DNA of 64,000 nucleotides from Coleofasciculus chthonoplastes F2-STO-03 (GCA_040222015.1 JAVJWO010000085.1:1-64000), one strand, 5' to 3'. Shown: positions 31,956 through 43,443, counted from the first letter of the stretch. The notes: a model not told the origin generated them from the sequence alone. Numbers and translations are program-made.

Positions 31956-32177
31956 ATGGACGAAGATATTATCAGACAAAAACTTAATCAAGAGTTAGAT
32001 GCGATTAGTATTAACAAGTTGACCCAATTGGGAAATCAAGCGGTTCAGCTAGGGCTAATTGCCGGTCACGGTTATCACAAGGGTAAATATGAAATTCTGC
32101 GTCAGGGTGAGGCGTTACTGATGTCGCCTGATGAAGCTCAAACTTATTTGGAAAAGCTTATTCAAGACGTGATATGA
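31956..32177 (+). CDS. Small hypothetical protein
   Basis: 73-aa ORF with ATG and ordinary amino-acid composition. Confidence 0.55.
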   Translation: MDEDIIRQKLNQELDAISINKLTQLGNQAVQLGLIAGHGYHKGKYEILRQGEALLMSPDEAQTYLEKLIQDVI

Positions 32178-32529
32178 AGCGGAAGAAGAGAACAACCCAG
32201 AATCGTTGCCCTGCGAGTGTCTTCCTCGCTATGGTGCTATTTTTTTTACAAATCCTGTCTTATTTTCTTGCACTTAATCAGCCGGAAAACTTCCTTAAAG
32301 CATTGAAATCTAAGGGTTTTAGACTTGTGCAGCAAACCCTATTTAATGGCTTTAAAAAATTCCCCACTTGAATATCGGTGGGTTACGGCGGACAGCTCAT
32401 TGAATGGTTCCTGTCTCAGTTGAAGTCCCGCCTAACCCACCCTACGTTTTTTGGGGCAAATTGTTTCCCTTTGCTCTTTTTTTTTTAGAGAAAAGGGTGT
32501 TTGATTTTTACTGTTACTGCCAATTCGCG

Positions 32530-32717
32530 ATGACGCCACGGGACTTTTATGCTAAATGGGATGTCACGTATGAACCGTACAGGGTTGGTTTAACCGAGGT
32601 GAAAGACATCGCCCTCCTAAACCTGTTGATTTGCGCCATTTGGCAATTATGGATTTTTTATTAGAGTATTTTGAGGAGATTCCAGAAAAACTTAGAACGA
32701 TTACAGATATACTATAG
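32530..32717 (+). pseudogene. Remnant of a cyanobacterial HTH-type protein
   Basis: MTPRDFYAKWDVTYE, then a frame change to TVQGWFNRG...DLRHLAIMDFLLEYFEEIPE; a short internal deletion is inferred. Confidence 0.6.
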
Positions 32718-33357
32718 AAGTCACTATAGAAGTCACGCGATCGCGAATACCAAGATCACTTCTACTTCGGATCAAGCGCCGCCTGTTCGTAGTCAGCACT
32801 TTAGTGCTGTAGAATAAAATAGTTTAAGGTACTAAAGTGCCTACTACAAACAAATTTTACTTCAATCAGGGAAGCCCACATTCCCACTTAAGACCGAAGT
32901 CTAAACCAGAATGTGAGCTTACCCTGTCAGGGCTTCACGGGTTCATTTATCTGCCTTATAGGGTTTTTTCAGGCAGGGTGCTTTCGCTTTCTCTATTGTG
33001 CAGCCGAACCTCAACCAATTGGGTATAGTTTTGATGAAATCTGCTCGGATAAATATTAAATTTCTGTGAAAGTTGCGATGTTGCTTCGCTTTTTGTTCCA
33101 TGGGGGTGGGAAAGGGGAGCAATAGGAGAGAGGGTTCTTTTGAACAGTGTAGCTGGCTTGGAGGAGAAGCCGGATCATAGCTGCTTCATTGTCTATTAGC
33201 TAATTAGTTGAGAATGATTAGCATTTGGCTTCCCTCTGGCTTAAACTAGGGAACGGGAGTGAAATCCGGCTGAAACTCCCTGTCATAGCAGTTCTTATGG
33301 AAAAATTAATGTCTGGCAACGGACATTAATAATAATATATTGCATTTTGAGAGAAAA

Positions 33358-33450
33358 ATGAATCCCTGGAGTTTCCAACCCAAAACTGGTCAAGTGATTG
33401 ACATTAATCAAGCCGATCGGTGGCAAGTGTACTGCCGTTTACAGGAGCAG
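33358..33450 (+). pseudogene. 5' fragment of an Asr1405/Asl0597-like gene, cut by a 9-bp STRR tract
   Basis: VIDINQADRWQVYCRLQE followed by (GGGAGATGA/G)n. Confidence 0.5.
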
Positions 33451-33606
33451 GGGGAGATGGGGGAGATGGGGGAGATGAGGGAGATGAGGGAGATGAGGGA
33501 GATGAGGGAGGTAAAGAAACGATCGTCGTTAAACCTGCTTCTATACTCCTCTCAAAACCATGTCCTCGAACGAAGTGAAGGAGAAGTCAAGGATCAACAA
33601 TATTCT

Positions 33607-34728
33607 ATGGAACAAGCTGCGATTCTACATTTAGAGGACATTACCAAGCACTATGATCAACATACGACTCCAGCCGTTAATCATGTGACGCTGACTTTGC
33701 GTCAAGGTGATTTACTGGCGTTATTAGGTCCCTCTGGCTGTGGCAAAACCACTCTATTGCGGATTGTGGCAGGGTTTGAGCGTCCTCAATCGGGATTGGT
33801 TGTTTTAGCTGGACGCCCCGTGGGGGGTTCAGGGTATTGGATACCCCCAGAACAACGGAACACAGGTATGGTGTTTCAAGATTATGCCTTATTCCCTCAC
33901 CTGAATGTGGCGGACAATGTTGCTTTTGGCTTAAAAAACCGCCGCAGTGGGATGAGTCGGACTTCTATTAAGAAAAATACGGCTGACGCGATCGCACTGG
34001 TAGGATTATCAGGATTAGAGAAACGCTACCCCCACGAACTCTCCGGAGGACAACAGCAGCGAGTCGCCCTCGCCCGGGCGTTAGCACCACGTCCCAGTTT
34101 AATCCTGTTAGATGAACCCTTGAGTAATCTGGATGTGCAAGTGCGTCTGCGGTTGCGCCAAGAAGTGCGATCCATCCTTAAAGAAATCGGCACATCAGCA
34201 ATTTTTGTCACCCACGACAGAGAAGAAGCCCTATCCATCTCCGATCAAGTAGGAGTCATGCGGGCGGGATGTTTAGAACAGTTGGGAACCCCTGAAGAAA
34301 TTTATACCAACCCAGCTTCTCGTTTTGTCGCCGAATTCGTCACCCAAGCCAATTTCTTACCCGCCCGTCGTCGGGGACAGCTATGGGAAACTGAGGTGGG
34401 TTCCTTTGAAATTGGGAATGGAGAATGTCCCGATAACATCCAATTCCCAAATGACGCCATTCCAGATTGTGGGGAATTAATGCTGTTGGAAGAAAACGTA
34501 ATTCTCAAGCCCGATAATGATGCACCCGTCTTGATTCGCGATCGCCATTTTTTAGGTCGGGAGTATCGGTATTGTCTCCAAACCCCGTCCGGTAAAGAAC
34601 TCCATGCTCGCACCGCCCTGAATACACCCTTACCTGTGGGAATCAGAGTTCAATTATCTGTGGCTGATTCATCGATCCCAATTTTCCCCGCAATTGCCAC
34701 AAGTACACCCCTAACTCCAGCCTATTAG
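33607..34728 (+). CDS. Fe3+/polyamine-type ABC transporter ATP-binding protein (FutC-like)
   Basis: GPSGCGKTT, VFQDYALFPH, LSGGQQQR, LLDEP and a C-terminal TOBE domain; true start probably ATG 33607. Confidence 0.85.
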   Translation: MEQAAILHLEDITKHYDQHTTPAVNHVTLTLRQGDLLALLGPSGCGKTTLLRIVAGFERPQSGLVVLAGRPVGGSGYWIPPEQRNTGMVFQDYALFPHLNVADNVAFGLKNRRSGMSRTSIKKNTADAIALVGLSGLEKRYPHELSGGQQQRVALARALAPRPSLILLDEPLSNLDVQVRLRLRQEVRSILKEIGTSAIFVTHDREEALSISDQVGVMRAGCLEQLGTPEEIYTNPASRFVAEFVTQANFLPARRRGQLWETEVGSFEIGNGECPDNIQFPNDAIPDCGELMLLEENVILKPDNDAPVLIRDRHFLGREYRYCLQTPSGKELHARTALNTPLPVGIRVQLSVADSSIPIFPAIATSTPLTPAY

Positions 34729-34775
34729 TAGTTCGTAGTAAGGGCTTTAGCCCTTTTTAGCCCTTCTTCTTTGAT

Positions 34776-36218
34776 CTACGGCTTTTTAGACTGGAGAATC
34801 TTCTCAATTTGGGGCTGGTGGCGAGCAATCACAACCAAGCGATCGCCCAACATGAGTTGTTCATTTTTGGGTGGGTTAACCAATGTCTCTCGATGTCCCT
34901 GAGTTTGCCGTTCCACAGCGACTAAAATACTATCTAGCTCCTCTTTTATCCATTGAGCCGCATTCCAGAATGAAATACCATTCCATTGTTGAGGTAAAGG
35001 AATTTTATAGATTTGGTTTCCCATTTGCACAGTAAGTAGTTCCGCTAGCACATCCACAGAACCCCAATTTCGCACTGAAGTCGCCATTAAATGACTCGCC
35101 AATTCATCTGCGACAATCACATCTTCCACTCCCGCTACTCGCAGTTGTACATTATTTTTACCATCAAGAAGTTGAGCACAGGTATAGATCCCCGGATGCA
35201 GTTTTTCAATCGTTAATGCGGCTAAAACAGTTCGTGCATCCCGATCCTGATCGCTGCGCGGATGTGTGGCATCTGCCAACAAAATAGCCCGTGAGGTGTG
35301 ATAAATTCCCACCGCTTCCAGGACATCAATCGTCGTGTAATCCCCAGTATAGAAGTAAATTTGGGAACGATTAATATGTTTAATTTCTCGTTCTGGTGTT
35401 TGGATAAATTCAGCAACCACGACAATCGGATGATGTTTTAAACTGGGATCGGCTTGCAGTTGCTCAATCAGCAGATGTCCGCTGCGATTCCAGCCACAGA
35501 TAACAATATGATCGCGTAGTTCGTCCAATTCCCAGTGTTTAATTTCCATCACTGTTCTCAATCGTTGTACCATGACGGCGGAAACGACGCCCGTAAACAT
35601 GGCAAACATCGTTAAGCCACCCAGAATTACCATGAGTGTAACCAATCGTCCCGCATCGGTTTGGGGTTCACCGCCGATGGGTTCTCCGGATACCAGGGTA
35701 AAAAAGCTCCACCAAAGGGAATCCTTCACAGAGGCGAAATCAGGATTGCTAAAACCCTCTAGCAAGTGAATCGCGATCGCGCCGACTAAAATAATTAAAC
35801 CGACAACCAGCAATACGCCAATCTGGACACCAATACTCGTGGCTAAGGTAGAGCCAAGACGATTTAAATTCTGATTGAGTAGGATTCCCACCCGCAATAG
35901 CCGTAAGAGGCGCAACACCCGAAACAGGCGAAAGGCTCGCAATAGGGGCAATACGGCAATAATATCTAACCAATAGTGGCGAAAGAAACGGCGTTTATTT
36001 CTAGCCGCAAAATAGCGAATTGTCAACTCGATAATAAAGATGCCAGTGAGTAGTTCTTGAGTCAAATAGACAAGTTTATAGGCTTGACCTTGACTGTCAA
36101 GCGTGACTTCGGCAATCACAAGAATTACGGAAAGCAGAATGAGCAGGATCAGCGCCAGTTCAGTTTGGGGAGTGTGGATAAAGCGATCTAAACGGGCTTG
36201 TAAAGTTTTGTTGGGCAT
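34776..36218 (-). CDS. Ion channel with voltage-sensor-like S4, pore domain and RCK/TrkA-N domain
   Basis: RAFRLFRVLRLLRLLR, SLWWSFFTLVSGE pore helix, HIVICGWN. Confidence 0.85.
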   Translation of the reverse strand: MPNKTLQARLDRFIHTPQTELALILLILLSVILVIAEVTLDSQGQAYKLVYLTQELLTGIFIIELTIRYFAARNKRRFFRHYWLDIIAVLPLLRAFRLFRVLRLLRLLRVGILLNQNLNRLGSTLATSIGVQIGVLLVVGLIILVGAIAIHLLEGFSNPDFASVKDSLWWSFFTLVSGEPIGGEPQTDAGRLVTLMVILGGLTMFAMFTGVVSAVMVQRLRTVMEIKHWELDELRDHIVICGWNRSGHLLIEQLQADPSLKHHPIVVVAEFIQTPEREIKHINRSQIYFYTGDYTTIDVLEAVGIYHTSRAILLADATHPRSDQDRDARTVLAALTIEKLHPGIYTCAQLLDGKNNVQLRVAGVEDVIVADELASHLMATSVRNWGSVDVLAELLTVQMGNQIYKIPLPQQWNGISFWNAAQWIKEELDSILVAVERQTQGHRETLVNPPKNEQLMLGDRLVVIARHQPQIEKILQSKKP

Positions 36219-36347
36219 ATTGAGGTATGAGAATCTATGTCAATCTAAATTCACCAGACATTTATTTATACTGACAGTAGCGCTTAAAAGGTCTTGTTCT
36301 ATGGCGGTCAAAAACTCCCAAACCCATACAGCTCGCAAATCCCAGGC

Positions 36348-36710
36348 GATGTCCAACCTACCGCCCCTAGAAAATGGCGATCGCTTAACCCGAAAAGAAT
36401 TTGAGCGACGCTATCAAGCAACGACAACGATCAAGAAAGCGGAACTAATTGAAGGAGTGGTTTACGTGGCTTTACCGTTACGCTTTGAACCTCATGCCCT
36501 TGTGGTAACATGGTTGGGTGTTTATCGCGCTAGCACAATCGGCGTCAGGTTAGGAGACAATGCCACTGTTCGCCTGGATATGGACAACGAACCCCAGCCC
36601 GATGCGTTACTGCGATTCGATGAAACGGTGGGGGGACACTCACGCATTGATGCCGATGGTTATGTCCAAGGTGCGCCAGAATTAATTGTTGAAATTGCGG
36701 CGAGCAGTAA
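36348..36710 (+). pseudogene. Uma2 (DUF820) endonuclease, 3'-truncated
   Basis: LPPLENGDRLTR.EFERRY, KAELIEGVVY, EPQPD, GAPELIVEIAASS, then unrelated sequence. Confidence 0.8.
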
Positions 36711-36960
36711 ATTCACAACTAAGCATGAAAGCGCACTTCCTTGGGGTATACCGATATATTCATTTGATGGATTACTATAGAAAAGGCATAGGAACAATCC
36801 AAAAAGTCTTTGTCAAATATTTGACGAAAATAGCGAGCGCATAATTTATCTATAATTCGATCAACTATATTTTCGTATATGGCAATTGTCCGGTAACTAT
36901 GCTCAGATTTTTGAATTGGTTTTATGCAAGGCTTACTCATGGGGTAGGGAGCAAACATTA
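36700..36960 (-). pseudogene. Reverse transcriptase remnant
   Basis: Minus strand KPIQKSEHSYRTIAI...DRIIDK...IFDKDFLDCSYAF (RT1-2a), then in another frame YIGIPQGSALSCLVVNLLL (RT4); YxDD absent. Confidence 0.7.
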
Positions 36961-37041
36961 CCCAAAGTATGCATCTTGCAAGGGTTTCAGAGCCCTTTGA
37001 AAGAGCTAATATCCAAAAGTTGGATGCTCCCATTTAATATG

Positions 37042-37136
37042 TATAGCAACTGCCACAACGGTTAGGACACTAAGCCTGTCTTGAAACAATATACGGCATT
37101 CATAACGATGTCCTAATGACCCTGGCGACTGCTATA
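37042..37136. mobile_element. MITE-like element inside a duplicated segment of about 35 bp
   Basis: Imperfect TIRs TATAGCAACTGCCA...TTAGGACA / TGTCCTAA...TGGCGACTGCTATA; AAAGTTGGATGCTCCCATTTAATATGTA repeated at 37016 and 37143. Confidence 0.6.
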
Positions 37137-37309
37137 AATCCTAAAGTTGGATGCTCCCATTTAATATGTAAATCCTAGAGCAGCACTCTTTATTTCGTCA
37201 ATTTTTTGATTAAAGTTTTGTGTAGGGGCGGGTTTCACGATTATCGTGTCTTGCCTCACAACAGATGTAACTAAACCCGCCCCTACCGAGGTTTAAATGC
37301 AACTCGGTG

Positions 37310-38392
37310 TCACGCAATAGTCACGTCACCAGACAAGTATACATCCTGAATCGTGTGGAACAACTTAACCCCTTCCTCGAACGGGCGCTGAAATGTCTTG
37401 CGTCCAGAAATCAATCCACAACCACCAGCCCGTTTATTAATCACAGCGGTGCGAACAGCTTGGGCAAAGTCATTTTTCCCTGATGAACCCCCAGAATTAA
37501 TCAAACCTGCACGACCCGCATAGCAATTAAGAACTTGATAACGAGTTAAATCGATGGGGTGATCACTGGTAAGTTCAGTGTAAACGCGATCGTCCGTTCT
37601 GCCATATTTTTCGCCCGTGGCTTTAGCCACCGCACCATAGCCATTATTGCATTCAGGCTGCTTCTGCTTGATAATATCGGCTTCAATGGTAACGCCAAGA
37701 TGATTAGCTTGACCCGTGAGATCAGCCGAAAGATGATAATCTTTATCTTGCTTAAAAACGCTATTGCGTAAATAGCACCACAAAATTGTTGCCATTCCCA
37801 ATTCGTGGGCGCGGGCAAATGCTCGACTCACTTCCTCGATTTGGCGGCTCGATTCCTCAGACCCAAAGTAAATCGTAGCACCAACAGCTACGGCGCCTAA
37901 GTTCCAGGCTTGCTCGACACTGGCAAACATAAGCTGATCATATCGATTCGGATACGTCAGCATTTCATTGTGGTTCAGTTTAGCAATGAAGGGGATGCGG
38001 TGGGCATACTTGCGGGAAACCATACCCAAAACCCCTAACGTCGTGGCAACCGCATTACAACCGCCTTCCAAGGCAAGTTTGAGAATGTTTTCCGGGTCAA
38101 AATATACCGGGTTCGGCGCAAAAGAGGCGGCGGCGGAATGTTCAATCCCTTGGTCTACGGGTAGGATAGACAAATAACCCGTATTGGCAAGGTGTCCGGT
38201 TGAGTAGATCTGCTGAAGACTACGCAACACTGGGGCAGGGCGATCGCTATTGGCAAAAATCCGTTCCACCCAGTCTGGACTAGGTAAATGTAACAGACGT
38301 TTATCCACTTTGGCGTTGTACGTCAATAGATTGTCTGCCTCTTCACCCAACCAGGATTCTATCGATTGAGGTGCTGTTAAAGTAGCCGTCAT
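37310..38392 (-). CDS. fbaB: Class I fructose-bisphosphate aldolase
   Basis: [48 protein letters not shown]. Confidence 0.95.
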   Translation of the reverse strand: MTATLTAPQSIESWLGEEADNLLTYNAKVDKRLLHLPSPDWVERIFANSDRPAPVLRSLQQIYSTGHLANTGYLSILPVDQGIEHSAAASFAPNPVYFDPENILKLALEGGCNAVATTLGVLGMVSRKYAHRIPFIAKLNHNEMLTYPNRYDQLMFASVEQAWNLGAVAVGATIYFGSEESSRQIEEVSRAFARAHELGMATILWCYLRNSVFKQDKDYHLSADLTGQANHLGVTIEADIIKQKQPECNNGYGAVAKATGEKYGRTDDRVYTELTSDHPIDLTRYQVLNCYAGRAGLINSGGSSGKNDFAQAVRTAVINKRAGGCGLISGRKTFQRPFEEGVKLFHTIQDVYLSGDVTIA

Positions 38393-39034
38393 ATCGTTTT
38401 CCTCAAAGTGTTGTCACTTGTTTTTCAATTTTGACAGTCTTTGGGGGCGATCTCTGTCCCCATAACGATAGAGTTTGGCTACTTGGCAAATTTCAAAATT
38501 TCCCAAGCTGACACCGCAAGCATCGAAGTAATGCGTAAATGGTCACTTTATTTTCGTGGCGTTGTATTAAACACGAAGTAGTCGGATTTTCATTAAAGTT
38601 AACGGTTGAGATTAGGGAACAGGGAACAGTACAGTAAGGATTTGAGGCTTGTTAACATTTCTTACTACAGCGGACAGAGTTGATGTCCAGGTACTTACTC
38701 CTGTAATCAGAACTGTATGCTATATAGACGTAAACTGCTTGGTTTCTACTTAACCCAGAGAAGCGTCACTACTCATATTCGGTTGGGTGACATTCGATTA
38801 AGGACAGGTTTTGTGGATTGGTTATCGGTTATGAACTCTCCGGAGCGCGTCAATCAGCCCCGACAATAGTGTGACTTCATTTTTTCAGAATGGACTGAAA
38901 AAGAAGGTAAAGAGTTTGATTATTGACAAGTTGATACGTTGCGGCTTGATTCGATTCCTTTCGGTTTAGTTAATAATTAGTTTCTACGACTTCCTATTTG
39001 CCACGTCTTTTTTATTTAAGCCGATTAAACTTAA

Positions 39035-39262
39035 TCAGGAGTCTTGGGGAATAGTATTTTGACCTTCCAATAATTTTAGATAGGAGTAGGGTACAGATAG
39101 GGGCCACGTAATAGTGGCGACAACGAAACAAACTCCACAGCTAAATTTATCGTCTTCCGATAAGGTATTATCTTCTTGTAAACAGGTAAACCACTTGTTT
39201 AACAAGCGCATAGCTACGACTAAGTAAAGAGTAACTGAGCTAACTAACATGATATGCAACAT
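39035..39262 (-). CDS. Small two-TM hypothetical protein
   Basis: Hydrophobic helices and a WPL.VP.SYL motif. Confidence 0.6.
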   Translation of the reverse strand: MLHIMLVSSVTLYLVVAMRLLNKWFTCLQEDNTLSEDDKFSCGVCFVVATITWPLSVPYSYLKLLEGQNTIPQDS

Positions 39263-39454
39263 AATAAGCTTACCTTCAAGAATGGTTTTTCAGCGCTAAC
39301 GGCTGGTTAAGTCTTTCGCTTTTTATCTAGTATACTGAACGATTTGCTTCCCAAAAGCCTATACTACCCATATTTACACAATCTTCACTGTTCCTCTTTT
39401 ATTTTAACTGTATTTTAATAAAGGGAGTCGTTATCCGTCGCCGTTGTGTGATAT

Positions 39455-40525
39455 TCAGGTGAACTGAGTCTGGCAGTACGTGTCAAGCAGAGAAATGCAG
39501 TTCGCGATCGCACCCAAATGAGCCACCTCATAGCCATGGGTGTTTTGCGTCGGGAAACTCAAGCAGGCGGCGCGGGCAACGTGACCAAATTTCATGGCAA
39601 TAGACGCATCGCTGCCAAACCCACTAATTGTGGCAAGCTGTAAGGGAACACCAATCCCATTCGCCGCCTGTCGCAGTTCCCAGTTGAGTCCTTCATCGTA
39701 AATCCCATAGCCATCCTGAGACAACAGCACAGGGGCTTCCCCATCTTCAATTGGGTATTCTGAGGAGAGAGGGCAAATTTCTAGGGCAATTAAAGCATCA
39801 AGAGTGTGATTTTGGCTGAAATACAACGCGCCAATTGCGCCAACTTCTTCCTTTGCCGACGCCACTAAATAGGTATCCACAACCGGAGTTTTAACCTGTT
39901 CTGCTAAGCTTAACAGAATAGCAACAGAGGCTTTGTTATCCAAGGTATAACTCGCAATGTAATCCTTGAGGCGTATGGGTCGTTTGCGATGTTTACCCAC
40001 AACCATGCGGGTTCCGGGGCGCACCCCAGCGGCGACAAGTTCAGCCAGAGTACATTTCGTTTCCACCCAAGCCTCTTCCCAACGCAGGGGGGCGGTTTCC
40101 TGTTGTGCCTTTTGGGGAGATTCATGGGAAACATGACGTGATCCAAAGGAAAGAATACCACTCAGGGTTTGATTATCACCCAATAAATCGACAACGCCTT
40201 CACCATAAACCCAGGGAAATGAGCCGCCGAGTTTGCGGACTTGTACTCGTCCCTGTTCGTCTATCGATTTAACAATACCGCCGATTTCATCTTTATGAGC
40301 CGTAATGGCAATGGATCGCTCAGAGGTTTGACCCGGTATCTTAGCAATAATATTTCCGGCTCGATCCTGCCACGATTCAACCCCTAAGCCTTGCAATCGA
40401 CTGATCAGAAGTTGATCAATTTCTCGTTCTGCACCACTAGGAGAATGATGCAGCACTAACTCTTCAATAGTATTAAATAAGTGGTCGTAATTTGAGGATG
40501 GCATGAAGGCGATAAACTCACGCAA
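39455..40525 (-). CDS. M42 family metallopeptidase
   Basis: SPSGAE, AHKDE, LDNKAS, EEVG..GA and NTHG motifs. Confidence 0.9.
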   Translation of the reverse strand: MREFIAFMPSSNYDHLFNTIEELVLHHSPSGAEREIDQLLISRLQGLGVESWQDRAGNIIAKIPGQTSERSIAITAHKDEIGGIVKSIDEQGRVQVRKLGGSFPWVYGEGVVDLLGDNQTLSGILSFGSRHVSHESPQKAQQETAPLRWEEAWVETKCTLAELVAAGVRPGTRMVVGKHRKRPIRLKDYIASYTLDNKASVAILLSLAEQVKTPVVDTYLVASAKEEVGAIGALYFSQNHTLDALIALEICPLSSEYPIEDGEAPVLLSQDGYGIYDEGLNWELRQAANGIGVPLQLATISGFGSDASIAMKFGHVARAACLSFPTQNTHGYEVAHLGAIANCISLLDTYCQTQFT

Positions 40526-40903
40526 TAAAGGCGAATATTACTGACATAAGCTAGGTTCGTTCGTCATTGCGCTTGTCGTTGCGCTGTCTTCGCCATAAAC
40601 ACCTCAGCGCTGACTATAAATCTATGGATGTATTACATCGATTTATCAAACGCTTACGTCAGTGCTATGCTATTCAGCTTAAATCAACCAACACCATAAC
40701 ATACTCGTTCTATATCGGCAATAATAAATAATTCAACATTGAAAGCAAGAGACGTTATTGATATCAGACACAAAATTACCATCCCTGTAGGGGTGGGTTT
40801 AGGGATTAATCTTTCTATCGTGTGATAATTGAACAGGCAAAACCAGCCCTCCCTATCCCCTAAATGATCAGACGAATCAGGTGAGGCGTGAGAATCGTCC
40901 TGG

Positions 40904-41677
40904 TTAAGGTTCAGTGGTTGCCGCCTGGAAAAAGGGTTGCATCTCAAACCCTAACCCCTGTGCCAAAACCGAGTTAGGAAATTGCTGAATTGTTTGATTG
41001 TATTGTTGCACCGCCTGATTATAACGCATCCGTTCTACTGCAAGGCGATTTTCGGTTCCGGCTATTTCATACTGAAGGTTCGTAAATAATTGACCCGATT
41101 GTAACTGAGAATTATTGGCGGCATAGTCTTGAAAATGATTAATCGCGTCATTCACTTCTTCGACAGCCGCCACTTTTTGTTCTGGGGTATCCGCTTGTAA
41201 ATAAGCCTGACGAGATTGCTGCAATAGAGACACAATTTCTTTTTCGTGTTCGGTGTAAGCTTGAGTGACTCGAACTAAATTAGGAATCAAATCAGCCCGC
41301 CGTTGAAGTTGATTTTCTACTTGCGCCCATTTAGCCTGAACCACAGAAGCATGGCGGGAAAATGAGTTATATGTCCAGATACTCCAAATTGCACTAACAG
41401 CCAGAATACTTGCACCAATTGTCGCTAGAATTTGGCGTTGTTTTTGACGCCGATTTTGGCGCGATCGCACCTCTTGAATTGCTTGTTGAATAAACTCTGC
41501 TGGAATCTGGGCTTCTGTACCCGCTTGTATGAGTTCTGAGGCAGAGTAAGCTTGACTATAATTCGCATAATTGCGAGAGGCTAATTCCAGCACCTCTGAC
41601 GTCATTGACTCAGGAATTATCATATCTAAATTATTCATTTTTTTCTCACTTTTCATAAAATTCAAGGAAATTACCAA
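40904..41677 (-). CDS. lemA: LemA family protein
   Basis: WAQVENQLQRRADLIPNLV, IAGTENR.AVER.RYN.AV..YN..I..FP. Confidence 0.92.
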   Translation of the reverse strand: MVISLNFMKSEKKMNNLDMIIPESMTSEVLELASRNYANYSQAYSASELIQAGTEAQIPAEFIQQAIQEVRSRQNRRQKQRQILATIGASILAVSAIWSIWTYNSFSRHASVVQAKWAQVENQLQRRADLIPNLVRVTQAYTEHEKEIVSLLQQSRQAYLQADTPEQKVAAVEEVNDAINHFQDYAANNSQLQSGQLFTNLQYEIAGTENRLAVERMRYNQAVQQYNQTIQQFPNSVLAQGLGFEMQPFFQAATTEP

Positions 41678-43356
41678 CTCCCTCCAGCACCACCACCACC
41701 ACTAGAACCACCGTCGAAGCTACCACTGGAACTAGAACTACTGCTACCGCTAGAACCTGTGCTACCACTGTAACTACCATAACTACCACTGTAACTACTA
41801 CTGGAAGAACGACTACGACTTGAACTGCCTCCAGAATAAGAACGAGAACGTTGGATAATTACTGCCTGTTCTTGGGAATAATCACAACATTTGCACTCAT
41901 CAATAATGAAACGTTGACTTAAGCTATATGGTATCATTGCTTCTCTACGAGTTACGGTTAATTCTTGACAGTGAGGACATTTTTGATAAGATTGAGAATC
42001 TAAAACATAAGCCCGGATATGAATTAACCGTAAAAGCATTTTTTGGCTACAGTGACGACAGTGCCAACCTTCAAATCTAACACTACCCAACTCTTGAGCA
42101 ACTTTCTCAGGTTTGGTGAGCTGAGATGCAACTAAACTTGACTTGACTTTTCTCAGGGACAAATGACAAGAGTTACACCGCAAAGACGGATCAGAATAGT
42201 ATCGTTCCATGAATCGGTGAGAAAGAGGAATAGCAATAATTGCTCCTGAAATTAATGCTGAACTGATAATAACCCCCACTTGTCCAAATAAGTATCCCAT
42301 TAAATAACCTATAATACTCTGGACAAAAAACACGAAGAAAATAGGAATAAAAGGAATTAAAATCAGAACCCCTAGAATAACCGACCAGAAACCTGTTAAT
42401 ATTGCGAATATAATGAAGATAATGATTGTTGATCGATTAGTAGTCTTGTAGCGCGAGTGAAGCTTATTAATTGCCAGTTTTAATAGCTTACATCCAATAG
42501 CTAAAGAGGTGACAATTATTCCAATGAAGACTCCAATATTTGCTAGAGGGGTAATGGCTACAGAAAATAGTACCAGAGCAAAAGTAGCAGAAAACGTGAC
42601 CAGATAAGCGAAAATATAAGCTTTACGTTCAGGTGTATATCCTTGTTGTACTCGCGATCGCCCTGTCGGTGTAAGATAAATTGGATTACTGATTTTATTG
42701 AACTGACGATATCCTATCCAGGACAATAGTATACCGACCACACCCATTAACGCAATCCTGCCACGATGAGTAGCACTTAGGGATATCTCAGCCAGGGATA
42801 TATCAGTAGGATTGGCTGAAAAAGAATGAGTGTTTTTACCTTGTAAAATCTTCACTAGCGCTTTCGTTCCCGCTAATACACCACCATCAAAGTCACCTTG
42901 TTTGAATCGGGGTGTAATCTTATTTTCAATAATGTGTCCAACCTGAGCATCCGGTAAAATTGGCTCAATCCCATAACCCGTTTCAATTTCAACGCGACGA
43001 TCACCAACTGAAACCAAAAATAGTACACCATTATCTTCATTGGCTTTGCCAATTCCCCAATGATTAAATAACTCTGTTGTAAACGCTTTTGGCGAAGCCA
43101 ATGGTGCTGTTTCTGGCACAGTAACTACGGCGATTTCTGTCCCATTTTGGGCTTCTAACTCAGAAATCATTTGATTAAGTTTAGTTTCTGTAGAATCACT
43201 GAGGATATTTGCCATATCCGTTACCCAAGTGCCATTGACCTGTTGCGGATTGGGGACATCTTGTATATTTAACGCATAACTCAGATAAGGAAATAGGCAA
43301 AGTGCTAGACAAAATAGACTTGCCACAACTAGGCGTTGAAGTTTGAAAACTTTCAT
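41671..43356 (-). CDS. TPM-domain protein with a multi-TM insert, one Cys-rich module and a Gly/Ser tail
   Basis: V.D.ANILS, EIAVVTV, LFN.WGIG....DNGVLFL.S..DRRVEIETGYG; CxxC pairs; SFDGGSSGGGGAGGSW. Confidence 0.88.
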   Translation of the reverse strand: MKVFKLQRLVVASLFCLALCLFPYLSYALNIQDVPNPQQVNGTWVTDMANILSDSTETKLNQMISELEAQNGTEIAVVTVPETAPLASPKAFTTELFNHWGIGKANEDNGVLFLVSVGDRRVEIETGYGIEPILPDAQVGHIIENKITPRFKQGDFDGGVLAGTKALVKILQGKNTHSFSANPTDISLAEISLSATHRGRIALMGVVGILLSWIGYRQFNKISNPIYLTPTGRSRVQQGYTPERKAYIFAYLVTFSATFALVLFSVAITPLANIGVFIGIIVTSLAIGCKLLKLAINKLHSRYKTTNRSTIIIFIIFAILTGFWSVILGVLILIPFIPIFFVFFVQSIIGYLMGYLFGQVGVIISSALISGAIIAIPLSHRFMERYYSDPSLRCNSCHLSLRKVKSSLVASQLTKPEKVAQELGSVRFEGWHCRHCSQKMLLRLIHIRAYVLDSQSYQKCPHCQELTVTRREAMIPYSLSQRFIIDECKCCDYSQEQAVIIQRSRSYSGGSSSRSRSSSSSYSGSYGSYSGSTGSSGSSSSSSSGSFDGGSSGGGGAGGSW

Positions 43357-43443
43357 GGTTTAATTCTCCAATTAAACACAAGTTATAATGCACGAGGACA
43401 CAGAGCCTACCCAGAAGCATTCTCTGGGAAAGACAAATAACGA

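Noticed and set aside
36700..37033. Active retron, DGR or group II intron
   Set aside because: The RT is fragmentary without YxDD, and no msr-msd, TR/VR pair or intron domain V was seen
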